From NCBI RefSeq assembly GCF_964355755.1, contig NC_092680.1, positions 4,278,001 to 4,342,000 on the forward strand: a stretch of DNA of 64,000 bases, read 5' to 3'. How positions within the stretch are numbered: position 1 is the first letter of the stretch; each line of letters opens with the position of its first letter. The notes below the pieces were generated by a model. The model made no database searches. It was given only the letters and a program-made list of their open reading frames with translations, and was not told where the DNA came from. Below, piece by piece: positions 27,901-41,551 of the stretch. This DNA is from Antedon mediterranea. Taxonomy: Eukaryota > Animalia > Echinodermata. Made by a program: the position numbers and the translations under genes.

Positions 27901-29937
27901 CCGGTATATAATGGTATATAAGCATAAATTATACGAGAACCAACCATGTGATCTAATTATATTAAGTCGTATGATTGCTGTATTCACCATGTACAAAGTT
28001 ATACTGTAGTTTGTTATACGGTACCAGCATTTTCACAACAATTTTTCAATGTCAATATAATTTAATCATCGGTTATAGGTAGATCAAAAAAAATGTATTA
28101 GGTTAACAAAATAAATATATTCTTCTCATTTAAATAGCGTACATGATTGGCAACTGAAAACTGTAATTTGTGTGAAACCCTGAATGAAAAAATAAATAAA
28201 GCCGTTGAAATGAATTCAAATCAGGGACTAACCTATCTATACGATGTTTGAGACAGTTATATAATAAACTGGTATTTTGATATCTATCCACATATACTGA
28301 TTCAACATTGTTGCAACAGACCATGAAAACTAGCCGTCCATCGTATGATCTTAAAAGTGCAATTGTAATATATTACACATAACGCGTTTGTGCAACTGCT
28401 TGAATAAAAATACTCTAACCAGGATTGCCTAAAATGTTATGCTGTCATCGTTATACACCACATGTCCGATAGTCTGGCTGTATAACTCATATTCCAGACT
28501 AAACTATGTATCTTCAATTACTGTATAAATTATATGTACTGTTGCAATGGTTATGGGCAATTTATAGGTCATAGTTTATTAGAATTATGCATACGCGCTG
28601 TACTGATTTTCTTAAACAGGCGCGTCTGATAATGTACTACATATTATATTACATTTTGCATAATATTTCCATACAATTATGAAATGTTATTCATGTGACC
28701 TTTGTATAGGATTATGATTATCATGCTATTGCACCATGAGAAGAGAAAATTAGATAGCTGGCTAGGTCACCTCGGGTGCCATATATGGTTCCTTCAGCCA
28801 GTCTGGCAATTGTTCAACACTAATCTCTTTTTAATGCAACTCGAGGACAACGAGGCTTTAGTTTATTAATAGTATTTTATACCGTTGGTGTTTTTATTTA
28901 CAACAGATTTCAATGTCAAGTTGGAATTTATTTTCTAGATCATGAACTGTGATCGTCCTCTTTATATATAACGAACATTACATAAAAAGTATACAACAGA
29001 GCACTGCCAATGAATATTTTTATTTCAATACGTGTAGTTTTAGTGATTGAACGACAACAAGTTAACAAATCCAATCGTCCTTACTAAATACAGTACAATG
29101 CAAACAGCTGGTCATTCAAGGTCATTGATAAAATTGTACTGCAGTTAGGAATACGATGTGTAATTTACCAAGATGAGCTTGAATTATTTAAAAGAAAGCT
29201 TATTGTTCTATCGTATCATGGTGTGCATGCGTGCACGCATTCTAAGCACGAACATGATGGATGGTTAAGCCAGCAGCATACATGTAATTTGTTACAATTT
29301 TATTTAAAGTGGAGCTTCACTCAGACTTTCTCAGCTTATATTGTGTTTAAGTATGTTGAATACTATTTTCACTAACTATGATTTTGATGAAATAAACATA
29401 TTTATTCGTATTCATAAATGTAACGCAAAACAATATTGAATACAGTATTGAATCGTCAGCGATTCAGATAAATAATGATGCAACAAATCAGGAAAATACT
29501 TACCTTCTTATTTATGACATATCGTCGGTTTTCCGATTTCACTGGCAGCTTATGCCTAAAAAAAACTACAAATATATTGATATTAATCTAATTCATATCT
29601 TACCTGTTATAATGGCATCGCTCTCAAATTCTTCTTTGAAACAGACGGAGATGAGATTGTAGTTGAAAATGAGCCCAGCTACTGGAACAAACAGCATCGC
29701 AGCAGCCAGCACACAAAGGCAGTTCCAGTACTTTGAGATGATCAGTTTTGACTTTTCAGCAATTCTGTAAACAATTGTTGTTTTATGATGAATTGTTCCG
29801 TTTGGTTTGATCATTTTTTTTAACGTTTCGTCTCCTTCTTCGAATTTGCAGACACGTTCGTAGTCGCAGACACTGTTCGCCATCACGGCCTTCTCCATAC
29901 TTTCTTTGGTTAGATTAGATTTGTAATTATTGACCAT
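18522..29937 (-). CDS. SLC16 / monocarboxylate transporter family MFS protein, paralog B (~522 aa, 6 coding exons)
   Basis: Exons 29937-29604, 23649-23353, 22667-22342, 20909-20681, 19246-19103, 18760-18522. GT-AG introns, total 1569 nt. Exons 2 (297 nt) and 5 (144 nt) have the same lengths as in paralog A. Motifs FKEEF..TGWIGS, DRFGYR, GWRVTFR, ELGGR, DATGTYNATFY. Confidence 0.9.
20064..20184. mobile_element. Short MITE-like element
   Basis: TIR cactatcaccgtttat / ataaatggtgatagtg. Confidence 0.5.
22720..22810. repeat. ~22-bp tandem repeat (GGGCGGAATATTATTGTTGTGA, ~4 copies)
   Basis: Directly visible tandem units. Confidence 0.85.
24351..24493. mobile_element. MITE family 1, degenerate copy
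   Basis: ctctgtctacacta...aagtttgatagtgtagacagaact. Confidence 0.75.
27694..27872. mobile_element. MITE family 2 (179 bp, PIF/Harbinger-like, TWA flanks), intact copy
   Basis: TIRs AGCGTGGTTCCCACTAG / CTAGTGGGAACCAAGCT. Nearly identical to 41373-41551 and 42565-42742. Confidence 0.9.
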
Positions 29938-30551
29938 GATAACTAAATAAAGACTGGAAGAGATTTTGTGTGTAGGTCTATTATACCAAACAACCAGTCC
30001 AGTCCTGTGTCACCTCTGCATATTCAAATGATTATGGCTTCACATTCCACTTCCCCAGCAACACAGCAAGCTAAACGTGACGTAACGCACAGCCAGACGA
30101 AACCGGTTTTTGATTCACCCGTGATGCATCACCTTCAACCAGTGAGTAATGACTTATGTTTGTTTGGTATAAAAAAAACGTGAATCTGTAAATAACATTT
30201 ATAAAATAACAAGGCTTATTTCTACAATGATAATTTGTTAACGAAAAATCAACCCAATATAGTGAGTGTATTTTTCTAAAGCAATAAATCGCTCACGAGA
30301 TGAGGCCTATAGTGTTTATTTTCATGCGCATTGATGCATGAATTGGCTACCACAACAGTCTATTTATAGAGATGAGTTGTGATTGGCTGTTGTGTTCATT
30401 CTTTGTTGTCTGGACAACAAAGCGAAGAAAAAGGTTCCCATCAACATTCAACAACATTTTAAAAACGCTCATATGCAACAAACAAGGTTGTCTGACCAAT
30501 AACTGTTATCTGTGTTGTTGCATCATCTTCTTTTCAGTAAGATAATGATGT

Positions 30552-30634
30552 CAATTGTAAAATAAAACCGCTTGATCAAGTGGAAGGGAACAATTCCCTT
30601 ACACTTGATCAAGCGGTTTTATATTTTACAATTG
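30552..30634. repeat. ~83-nt near-perfect inverted repeat (hairpin)
   Basis: caattgtaaaataaaaccgcttgatcaagtggaagggaa-caa-ttcccttacacttgatcaagcggttttatattttacaattg. Confidence 0.85.
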
Positions 30635-31571
30635 TGTATAGACTCCTGTGATTGGTGTTCGAATGGAGATCTAAAACCAGTTTCATGTCTTACCTCTTTT
30701 TCTTTTACAAAGATTAAGTTCTCATACGACAGTAAAAGAAAACAAACAGGAAAGAAAAATGAACAATTTCGAGGATAAACCGACAGAGATAAGCTAGCTC
30801 GGCACATAAAAAAACCCACCGTCGAATGTTTTGCAATTATGTAGAAAGTAAAGTCCAAATCCGCTTGATTAAGTTATTGAAAAGACTTTAGTTAGTTCAA
30901 GTAAATTTACCATTATGCTTACTATGAAAGGTAAGTCAAATTATTTAGGTCTCTCAATAAAAGCGGAATTAGACTTCAAACAAACTAAAAAAAAGGAGAA
31001 TGAAGCCCGCATATTAAATATTTTATCGTCATTATTTTCAATTTGTCATTTCATTTAGCCTATAGCACAGTGCCCTAGTCCATTTCACATTACAACACAT
31101 AGGTCATGCGCCACCATCTTGCTTCTTTGTTTGACCAGAGAGTTGTTATTGGATAATTAACAACTCTCTTGTTTAAATTTCGCATGGAGTAACTTCATGA
31201 ATTTCGTCACAATCTAATGAATCTGCATCTAATGAACAATTGTTGTGTAGAGATTGAAGAAAACACTGATCAAAACATTTCTAACCTTGGATAACCTAGA
31301 CAATTTTAACAATTGACATCTGTGTAGATTGTTGAGTTGATAGATGATTTGTATTTCAACGTATGGGCCAGTTCCAATTCAATATACCTCGTGTAATAAA
31401 TTGTCAGTGAACCAATGCTGCTAAGACTAAGAGTCATTCCAATTGATTGTCATCACGTAGGGGCTAAAACCCTAAGTTTTGATTTAATCTTTCGTACTGT
31501 TTTCCTGTCCAAAAATATTCGACAAAAAATGTATTTAGGTCAGAGGAGTTCATAACCGTACACTGTATTTT

Positions 31572-31845
31572 AAGATAATTATTGTCGCCCTAAACAATTG
31601 TTTTGTTGAATAGGCCCTATGCCATTTTAATGTTACATAATAGTTATACACTTCAAGACCAAAAACTGGATCGAAACAAAAAAATTCCTGAAAAGATGTA
31701 ATTTAAAGCTAAAAAATAGTTAAATTGTCAGAAAATGTTTTTTTGTTTGTTAAAATTAACCGTTTCTTTTGTCTTTTTATAAGTGAAATAATATTTTTGG
31801 GAGGTTTATTAAAACTGCAAAATGGCCTATTTAAAGTCTGATTTG
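31572..31845. mobile_element. Kolobok-like MITE, partial copy
   Basis: Shares gaccaaaaactggatcgaaa and aaaactg.caaatggcctatt with 7517-7839. Confidence 0.7.
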
Positions 31846-32282
31846 CCTTAATACTATACAAATGAGATACAGTATCGAGAATCGGCTAACACAAAATAAA
31901 CCTACTCTATTATAATGTTTGAAGAACGTTCGGTCATTGTCCTTCGACAACTGAATGAATGATTTAATCTAAATTGATTTCCTTTTAATTAAATGGACTT
32001 ATGCAACTGACCAGATCAGGCAGCCACTTTGACTGGAATTGGGAGAGATGATACACCCCACGTGACACAGCGATATTGTTGTAATTTTAATCTATGATTT
32101 GATTTGAATTTATTAGGAAAATTCTCATAAAAAATACATACATTAGGCCTACTCACATTACAAATAAATAAAAGATTTTTCTTGATAGCCCAAAAAAAAG
32201 CTTATTAGCCTATTTCCATTGGATGTTGATTTCCGAAATAATGATGAAATGAATGTATTAATAAAACCTGATTTTGTGCCTT

Positions 32283-32726
32283 ATTTGAAATGCAGACAAA
32301 AAAATGTTTATTGTGTGTTTTTTCTTCAGTGAACTTATAGAAATACTGAATGACCGATATACTCTGCAGGGTCTTTTTCTGGTCAAAATAATTGGCTCTG
32401 AATCCCGTTATTGTGTCGTCGAACATATATTTGAAATGCAGTCAAATAAATGATTATAATGTGTTTTTTTTCTTTAGCAAACTTAGAGGAATTCGAAATG
32501 ACTCATATATAGCCTACTTTGCAGGGTCTTTCTGGTCAAAATAATTGGCCCTGAATACCTTTATTGTGTCTTGGAACATATGTTTGAAATGCAGTCAAAT
32601 AAATGATTATAGGCCCTAATGTTTTTTTCTTTTGTAGAACTTAGGGGAATTATGAATGACCGATATACGTTGCAGGGTCTTTCTGGTCAAAATAATTGGC
32701 TTTGAATCTTTATTGTGTTGTGGAAC
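32283..32726. repeat. ~150-bp tandem triplication
   Basis: Three copies of tgcagggtcttt(tt)ctggtcaaaataattggc..tgaat...ttattgtgt. Confidence 0.85.
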
Positions 32727-35700
32727 TGGGTTATTGCATTCTGGCTGAACTCCAGCACAATGTTTACCAAGTACTAAGTAGTAGGCCTAGTATCGATTGA
32801 TTGAAAAAACAAAACAAAAAAAAAAACGATGAACCTAAAGGGCATATAAAACGTTGCGGTATTTTTATAATGTTTATTGTTAGTCATTGTTATCATTGGC
32901 TGTTGGTAAAACCAATATTAACCAATGTTAAAACTGGACAAAGCTAGTTCTCGACTGTCAAGATCCAGTTTAGTTTACCACCATTTTGAACTATACACAG
33001 CATGGTTGAATGGCCTACGAGGAGGAACTAAACGTGTGACTGGTGGCGAATGAGGTCTGTTGTTCGTAACTGAACTAAAAGTTCAATGTGGTCAGATGTC
33101 GTAATGTTGGCTGGCTTTTCTTGTAAATCATCAAAAATACATTAATGAACGAATATGAAAATGATGATGTATACAAAAAGTTGGATCGTCGTTGCGTCGA
33201 ATAAGCCTACATGTTATTAATGTCACTTCGTCGGTCGGTATTTAAATATAACATAAAAGCAGATAATTTTTGTATAATAAAACGTTTAGTTACGGGTTAT
33301 TGTTTGCACAGTATAGGCCTATAACGATAATTCTATTTTTATTCCTTAATTTCAACATTAATTTTGGTCCATATCGAATCTTTATACATTTTAAAACGTC
33401 ACATGAGTCGATGGCATGCAGCGAAACACACTTTCCCGTGGTATACATGTTATTAATTAAAGACATTCCTTTATATATATTTGTATTTATCTACTTTTTA
33501 TCATTGACTATTCTGATATAAAAATATAGAAAGTCATGTGATAGGCCTACTATGGTGTCTGACACGATATTAATGGTTGTCGTAACAGCATCCTGAAAGA
33601 ATGTAACATCAATATAGTAACAGTATTTCCTAATAATTGGAACAATAGAACGTACATGTAAATGACATTTCGTCGAAGTGACAAATTCAGTTCAATAAAA
33701 CTTTATTATCCCAAACTCCGAGGAAATTCATTTGGTTGTGGTAATACAAGACCAATGCAGGATCCAGTCGTGAAAAAGGGAAGGAGAGGGAGGGGTTAGC
33801 AAAAGGGAAGAGCTGAAACTTTAAACCCATTGTTCTATCTTGTATTTGCCGAAATTTGGGAAGGATGCCTATGTTGACATGTATATCCAAGTTTTATGTG
33901 TTTATCATACTGAATTTTAAGTTAAAATGTGCCAGAGATTAGTTACATTGCCAAGACAAATATTAAGGCTAAACAAAATCATATTACTATTATTAATATT
34001 ACAATAATATGTGCCATTACACATTTTGATGATTTTATGCAACTGTTATCTTCTGTGGTATGTTTTATATAACTGTCACCATATCTTAATTACCATTGTT
34101 GGCAATCTTATCTAGAAAACCAATTATTATACTGGCAGTCACTGATTCTATGAATGAGGTCTCATAAAAAAAACATTTCTTTGAGGGGATTTCCGTGTTA
34201 AAAAAGTTTGAAACCAACAGAGGGCGTGATACAATTTTCTATTTATTCAGGACATGATGGGGGCGGTAATCTCTTCTTCCTCGGTCACATTTGCCTAGAC
34301 ACAGAAGAAGAAGAAGAAGAAGAAGACGAGATTACCTTTCGCAATGTACCGATGAGGACACCACAAAGTTCAGAGCAGACTATTCAACCATGGAGGTATA
34401 AACTCCATGATTCAACGAATTAGATACAATTCCAACAACAACATTGCTAAATGAGTAGCCAGCTATTTATAGTGCATTATATAATTATTATTTATTATTT
34501 TATTATTTATTCGGTATAATAAAAATACAGCCAATTACAAAACGACAGTCAAGGACTGAAATGAATTGCATAATAATAATACATAATAATCACATGAATA
34601 TACAATACAATAATAATAGGCAGCTACTTGTACAATGTTCCTTTCTTGTATGCATTTTTAATTCATATGATTTTATATGTCTGAAACTCAATTCACATGT
34701 ATACTCCATTTTAACCACGTATCTTATGTATTATTTTAACGTCCATTCATATATTAAGTAAGTCTAACCACACAAAACAACATTCAGTTTAGAATACACC
34801 CAATTCATCCAACTATACCGATGTTATTATTGTAAGAAATTATATTTATATTTGTTTATGAATGAAGGAAATAAATTGTATTTTAATTGATTGATTGATT
34901 GAAAGTAAGCGTAACTTTTCTTTGTTTATTTGATAAATATAAACATTTTGATATTTACACTGATGATAGCCTCTGCCCCTTTAAGCTTTTCGTTATTGTA
35001 GGACAATGTCGCCCTCTTTAAAAGAGGCTCTTCCAACAGTAATCATGTTACAGTGATGCCTATTCTTCACATATCATACAGTGCTTTGGCATTATTACGT
35101 AAACGGCGTTCCATAAATTTCGTACTTGAACTTAAAGAACACAGTTCCTATACTTAGCAGATGTGAGTTGACGTACATCTGAACATAATTAGGCCTAAAA
35201 CGTAGGCCTACATGTGCTTTTCCCTCAATATTCATGTGGTTATTGTATGGAAGTCCAACCTTAAAATGGTCCTAATTATATTTTATATAATTCTATTACA
35301 TAAAACAACATGGGTTAAAATTGTATTTTTTTTTACTTCGATTATTATTATTTTTTTATTTTTTTCTTTTGCAAATTCAGTGACGTTCGTGGTGGTTGTA
35401 TTGTTGATTTCAACAAATCGGTTACAATGAAAAAAAATAATGTTATCCAAACTAAAATAAAGTTTAGTGGAAGTGATTGTGATTAGGGTTAATTCATTTT
35501 TAATAAAGGTATTAATAAGTACACACTATTCAATATCAACAATTATGACCCGGTGCTCCGTTTGTGTAATTACCCCATGGTGAGAATGTAGTCAACCCAG
35601 ATGAACTTGACTTGATTAACACAAGCCGTGACAGTAACAGCTATAAGGTGTGGAGCTCCAGTCACAAAGTAGTGTGTTAAATGGGGCAAATGGAAGGACA

Positions 35701-38136
35701 AAACACTACTGTACATGAAGTACTTAAATGTAAGTATGTAGGTCTACTCAGCTACTGCATTTTTAAGTAATGATAATTACTGTAATTTGGACAATTCTCC
35801 TTAGTCACTGTTTATGAATAAAAACAGGTAACCGTAATGCACCACTTGGCTAAGTGTGGTAACATTAAAAGTAAGGCCTGTACTGTGACGATGTCTCACT
35901 TTTCGGAAGCTGCGGTGCACGGTGGTAGCCACGGCAAAACCAGTTCGGTGAAAAATCCGCTTTGTTTGGTGTTGTATTTAGTATTACATCTTTAGTAATA
36001 TGAATAGCTGTATTTAAAGAGATAAGCAATACATTTTTGCATAATACCAGCGCGCGCACGTAACGGTAATTATATCAATGATAAGACGTAATACTGACGT
36101 ACGATACAACTTTTATCACTGTCAAAAGACCTACTGTGGATTATAAACTGTATCCAACTTTATCCAAGACAAATATTTTGACTACTACGTGATTAAGTAA
36201 CTATACGCCTAGAGGAAACCCGTATTAAGGGGACGTTTTTTTGGTCCATAGAGTGTCCCCCTATACTTGGAATTAAATCCTTCCAAAATTAAGAAATGAG
36301 GGACAGTTATTTCATTTCATTTCTTTATTCGACAACAAGCGGTTTAGGGGTTGCGACAGCAACAGAGCGCCATAACACACTAGTGTCCGCAACCCCTTAG
36401 TACACTATAGGATCAACGTTACCTGAAGAAATTATTTCTCATCAGAAACAAAGAAACTATACGTATATATTATTTTACGAGTGCTTAAGATTTATGGGTT
36501 CTATAGAAATAATCTCTCAAGGGATGTATACTGAACTATATACATTATACTTAAAACTAAAAATGGCGGTCATGAATAGGCACGTGGAAAACCTGAATTT
36601 TAATGACTTTACTTGTTTTTATAAGCTCAGTTACTTCCAACAGCCATTGGCTTTTGTTTATTATTTCTGATTAACGTCTCATGATAACACAGTTCGAGAA
36701 TCTTATAACTTTTAAATTTTAAATTCAACTTATTATGTGAAATAATATTGATCTTTATCCTTGTAATTAATTAATTAATATTAAATGTTTCTCTTTATTA
36801 CGTCCAAGTTATCATTATCTTTCGCATTTATCGTCATAATTAGGTCATGTTTATGTCATTCTTTACGAATGTCTGACTGGATGGCTTCCGACGACGATAG
36901 TGGTAAAGTCCTACAACATTGACGCATTACTTCGTTGAGATCACCTTCGGTTGATTGAAAGGAAATTGAGAAAACTTACACCTAACGACGCATGCCGGTC
37001 TTCCTTCATTATAACAATCTAATTTTAGTCGTATATGTCTATATACTATAAGGCTATTTGATATTTTTTTTGTTAAAGTTTCCAACATCTTGTGAGGTAT
37101 TCCACGGGGAGAATTGTGTGCAAACTGGGCGTAGATATGGTTCATAACTAAAATTCATGGGTGGCTGACAGTTTCAATGAGTGTAAATCGTGTTCACATG
37201 GAACGCGGGTGGTGGTGAGTAGGCCTACTGATGGGCGTAATTACTACAGTAACATGTTAACCATGTCCAGCACGGTATCCGCTCCTCTTTTAATCACTGT
37301 CATTATTGGTCAGTAATGGAGTATATGTATTTACGGTACAAGTTATAATATTATAATTATAATAGTATATAGCGAAGCACAGATACAATTAACGGTCTAC
37401 GTATTTGATTTCATACTGTACTGACCACCACCGCATGGGCTAAGCGTTTCACATACGACGTAAACACGATGGCTTCTCACAAAGTTTGATTCTGTTATAA
37501 CTGTGCGTTTCATTCATACCAGTCATGAATACCACAGACACTGGGAATACCAATATGGCGATACTATTTCAAAATCACTTGGAGATATTTATTCTTTGGT
37601 ATTAAAGCTAAGTAGGGCTATTAGAGTGATAATGTCTAATAACTCGGGCGTTGAATTATCACATTTTACAGCATACGTAAGATTATGCATTCAGTAATTA
37701 TATGATAGAACCGTTTCATATTTTAGTCCACGTGACCACCAAGGATGCATTCATCAGCTATGCTCCACATGTAGGCCTACTGTTCATTGTGATTTTGACA
37801 ATTACGCGTCCCGTCACCATTAGCGTATCTGTAGGCGAATGCCACACTGCAATTTACTGACATTAATGATTCGAGTACGTGATAAAAAGGACGTAAATGT
37901 CCATGGCTATCATTACGGCCGCGGGGTGTTTAATGAGCCAAGTTTATTCAAAATGTTAGCATACCGTACACACATTTTGCTATCATAATACGGCGGGCCC
38001 ATACTATAGGGTCGAAATATAGTCAATGAAATAAAAAAAAAAGCCTCCCTTAATTCGAAACAGTAGGTTACCGTAGGCCTACTTGCGAAAAATGTTTTTC
38101 TTTCATTCTTCTTGACCACTAACAAGCCGTCTTTTA

Positions 38137-38274
38137 AGCTCTGTCTACGCTATCAAACTAGTTTGACAAAAAAGGTGATGTGCCCAAATATGGTACTGAT
38201 ATGACATCATCATTTCCATATATGGGCACATCACATTTTGTTGTTGCATAAAGTTTGATAGTGTAGACAGAGCT
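38137..38274. mobile_element. MITE family 1, intact copy with TTA target-site duplication
   Basis: TTA at 38134-36 and 38275-77, ~23-bp TIRs. A 3-bp TWA TSD suggests the PIF/Harbinger class. Confidence 0.85.
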
Positions 38275-38829
38275 TTATAAACATGAGATTCACAAATTTT
38301 GATCAGTTTGTGTTATTTATTTTTCTTCTCAGGAATGTGGTTCATGACATGGCATCGTAATTACATCGCCGCCAGTTACATTAAATACTAAATACATCAA
38401 ATATCAGAAACAAATGAAAGTCTGGTCATATTTATGAATTGATTGTATCGAAATCAAGAATTCTATTTTTATTCCCATCGAACTTTACACCGTTATAGTA
38501 TTACTAAAATTGCCATGTTCAAATGCAATATATCACATGATCAGGAAAGATCTTATAGAATTCAGGTCAAATTTACATGAATTGATTGAATCAAAATCCA
38601 GGATCATTTTCAGAAACATACTGGGCTAAAATAGTAATATAATAATGTGTATACTAATTACGTTGACAGGAAAGAGGAAACCGACCCCTCGAACTTGACA
38701 TGATAGATGTTGGTAGCAGAGGAAATAACGCTGCCTTCCATATCTCGGAAATAAGAGCCTATCCCATATCGATTACATACAATAGTAGGCTTTATCAAAA
38801 TTACAATACAAGGGTTGTTTCAGTAACGT

Positions 38830-40413
38830 ATGTTATGCTGTCGATATATGTACGAGAAACAAAACAGAAGTGGAGTTGACGAAATGAAATTGTTTTGGAA
38901 ATATTGTACTGTGATATTGGCGTGTTTATTTTCATTTACGCTACTTTTCAGCAACGTAAACTTCACAATTGAGCGCGTGCGCAGAGATGATGTTCATCTG
39001 TATTTACCGCTAGGAAAATATGCCGGATCACGCGGCGAGTATTTTCGCTTGGTCGCTGCGCATGTCGAAAAGGAAGCGGCACAAATAGCTATTGGTATTG
39101 ATCTACATAGTTTTCATCAAATTGATGCGATGCCACCGCCTGATTACAGAACGACGACGAAGAGCAACTCCACTTTAATTGAAGATTTTTCTGTTAATAC
39201 AAAGACATCTCAACTTCAAAAAAAGTCAAAAAGAGAGGTGAATAATCGAGCTGGAGAAGTTCGCAAACGTGAAAATACTATTGTTATTCTTGATGAATTT
39301 GGAATGATTTCAGAAAGTAACCCTTCAAAACAGACTCCACCAAGCTCCGATGATTTAGAAATCAAAAACAGGTTTTATGCATCAAATGGTGTAGTCAAAA
39401 CATTGCCAAAAGCAAAACATAACTGTTTCAAAAAGATACTTCTTTGGGAAGACAGGTTGAGATATAATGCCCCAGAAGCCGCGGGTACATTCTTTTGTCC
39501 CGATATTTCTTGTAAAGTTCAAGTAAGTTACAGTAACGGATCTATTGATAAAATATCCAAAGCTGACGCAGTTGTTATACATCACAGCGCAAAGAAAGAC
39601 TTGCAGAAGATGATAACAAAGCGCAAAGTTGGTCAGAAATGGGTATTAGCAACAAGAGAGAGCCCCCTGCAATCATCAATAGAACCACCAGGCAACCTGC
39701 GGTCTGTGTATGACTGGGTAATGACTTACAGGCAGGGCGCTGATTTTAGCCTAGCGTGGGGTTATTTTGACCGCGGTGTACCGCAGTGGAAAGAAGGCGT
39801 TAATAGAAATTGGGCTAGCGGTAAAAACAGGTTTCTAGCGTGGAACAAATCAAATTGTAGCGACACGCCTTCTTCTTACATCGAGTTCGTCTCTAGGTTA
39901 AACAAGTACATGCCAGTTAATATACCGCAACAGTGTCGTTTAACTGATGGTAACACTGAGGAATGTCAGCAAAGTATACGACAATTTAAGTTTCTTCTTG
40001 CACTTGAAAACAGCGAATGTAAAGACTTTATTACGCAAACATTCTGGGAGACAGCACTAAAAAACGATGTAGTTCCTATTGTGTTTGGCCCACCGAAATC
40101 AAACTACGAGCGGATAGCTCCACAACATAGTTTCATACATCTTGATGATTTTACAAAAGTAGCCGATTTAGTAAAATATTTGAAAAAGTTAGACAATAAT
40201 GACACTTTGTATAATGAATATTTTTTATGGAAAAAGGAAGGAAAAGTAGTGAGTACAAAGGAATCTTGGACATTTAACTCTAGAGATAAAATGTGCGAAG
40301 TTGCTGGAAAACTTCGTAATCCGGGTTCAAATCAACCAAATATAGGCCTATACGATAAAATCATTGGTCCGTGGTGGAAAGGCTCGTGTGCAAAACGAAA
40401 ACTCCCAGGTTAA
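38830..40413 (+). CDS. Alpha-1,3/4-fucosyltransferase-like (GT10) type II membrane protein, intronless CDS, 527 aa
   Basis: N-terminal TM (YCTVILACLFSFTLLF), stem, ILLW, ADAVVIH, QKWV..RESP, DWVMTYR..AD, SNC, FKFLLALENS.C.DFIT, VPIVFG, Y...AP..SFIH.DDF, L..YL..LD.ND.LY.EYF.W. The true start could be Met1, Met7 or Met19. Confidence 0.92.
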   Translation: MLCCRYMYEKQNRSGVDEMKLFWKYCTVILACLFSFTLLFSNVNFTIERVRRDDVHLYLPLGKYAGSRGEYFRLVAAHVEKEAAQIAIGIDLHSFHQIDAMPPPDYRTTTKSNSTLIEDFSVNTKTSQLQKKSKREVNNRAGEVRKRENTIVILDEFGMISESNPSKQTPPSSDDLEIKNRFYASNGVVKTLPKAKHNCFKKILLWEDRLRYNAPEAAGTFFCPDISCKVQVSYSNGSIDKISKADAVVIHHSAKKDLQKMITKRKVGQKWVLATRESPLQSSIEPPGNLRSVYDWVMTYRQGADFSLAWGYFDRGVPQWKEGVNRNWASGKNRFLAWNKSNCSDTPSSYIEFVSRLNKYMPVNIPQQCRLTDGNTEECQQSIRQFKFLLALENSECKDFITQTFWETALKNDVVPIVFGPPKSNYERIAPQHSFIHLDDFTKVADLVKYLKKLDNNDTLYNEYFLWKKEGKVVSTKESWTFNSRDKMCEVAGKLRNPGSNQPNIGLYDKIIGPWWKGSCAKRKLPG

Positions 40414-41372
40414 AACAAACTTAATTAACATCTAATAATATTGAATAAACGTTATTCCATCTTTTTTAAATTAAACTAATATTTAAGTATTTTTTTTCTT
40501 TTTTCTTTATAAACTTCTTTTAATATTAACTTTAATATATATTTTTATTAATGACCTTTTGTATTAACTTTTTTTTGTATTAAAGAAAAAAAAAAGAGAA
40601 CTATCGCATATCGAACTTTAGACAGAATTTGAATATAAACTTAAAACCCTCAAAACTTTCACGCTCTTGGCAGCTGAAACACACCAGGGTGGTGTAGCGA
40701 ATTTACTGTTGAGCCAGGTTGAATGCATTCCTAACATATGGGGTATAATAAAACAAAATTACCAATTACCATATTATGCCATAGTACATTATTCTTTTTC
40801 GCATCAGCAACTATCAGAGCAGGAAAGAGTAAAATTGAAATTGTAATTGTGCTCTTCCCTGATGATGAGTTTTTTTAAACCGTCGTTTCGCTTACGGTTT
40901 TGTAGACAAATGTAATAAATCCGGAATCGTCCATCGCAGTGGTTTTTTAAAAACTGTTTTATCTTCAACAAAACTACGAAATGATCTATTTGAAAGCTTG
41001 ATTTCATCCATCCTTACTTTTATGTTTCAAAAATATTTTTGATGTGCCTATATGTGGACATGATGATGTCATATCTCTTACCATATTTGTGCATATCACT
41101 ACCATACTTGGGCACATTTGTTAGTGGAGACAGACCTTTATGTTCATATTGTTTGTGGGTGGGGGTGGGGGAGGGATATACATTAAATACACAAACGTAA
41201 ATAACTCTCCATCCGTTATTAAAGAAGAGCAATTCATCTCCGCTTACTAGATAAATAAAAAAAAAAAAAACGATAATGCAAAAGAGGAGGAAACAGCTTT
41301 CATCACGTAATTATTACGTGACCAAGTTTTCCGATTTATGAATACCATACCATATCTGTGCTTATCCCATAA

Positions 41373-41551
41373 AGCGTGGTTCCCACTAGCGACGCAACAC
41401 AAGGACGTAACGCAACGGAAGTGAATTGACCAATCACAAGCGATGGCTTATTCGCTTGTGATTGCTAACTGTCTATAACTTCGCTTGTCATTGGTTAAAA
41501 CGCTTGCGTTGCGTTTACGTCCTTGCGTTACGTTCTAGTGGGAACCAAGCT
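41373..41551. mobile_element. MITE family 2, intact copy
   Basis: 179 bp, nearly identical to 27694-27872. Confidence 0.9.

Noticed and set aside
34208-34423. ORF with a poly-Glu run
   Set aside because: The run comes from a (GAA)n microsatellite, with no homology or exon context.
34958-35000. CTGATGA hammerhead-ribozyme core word
   Set aside because: No matching GAAA core or flanking helices could be built.
40659-40673. Alternative CC2D1 last exon (cag|LPRA*)
   Set aside because: The nearer exon 43661-43644 (IQSLR*) fits the expected C-terminus better.
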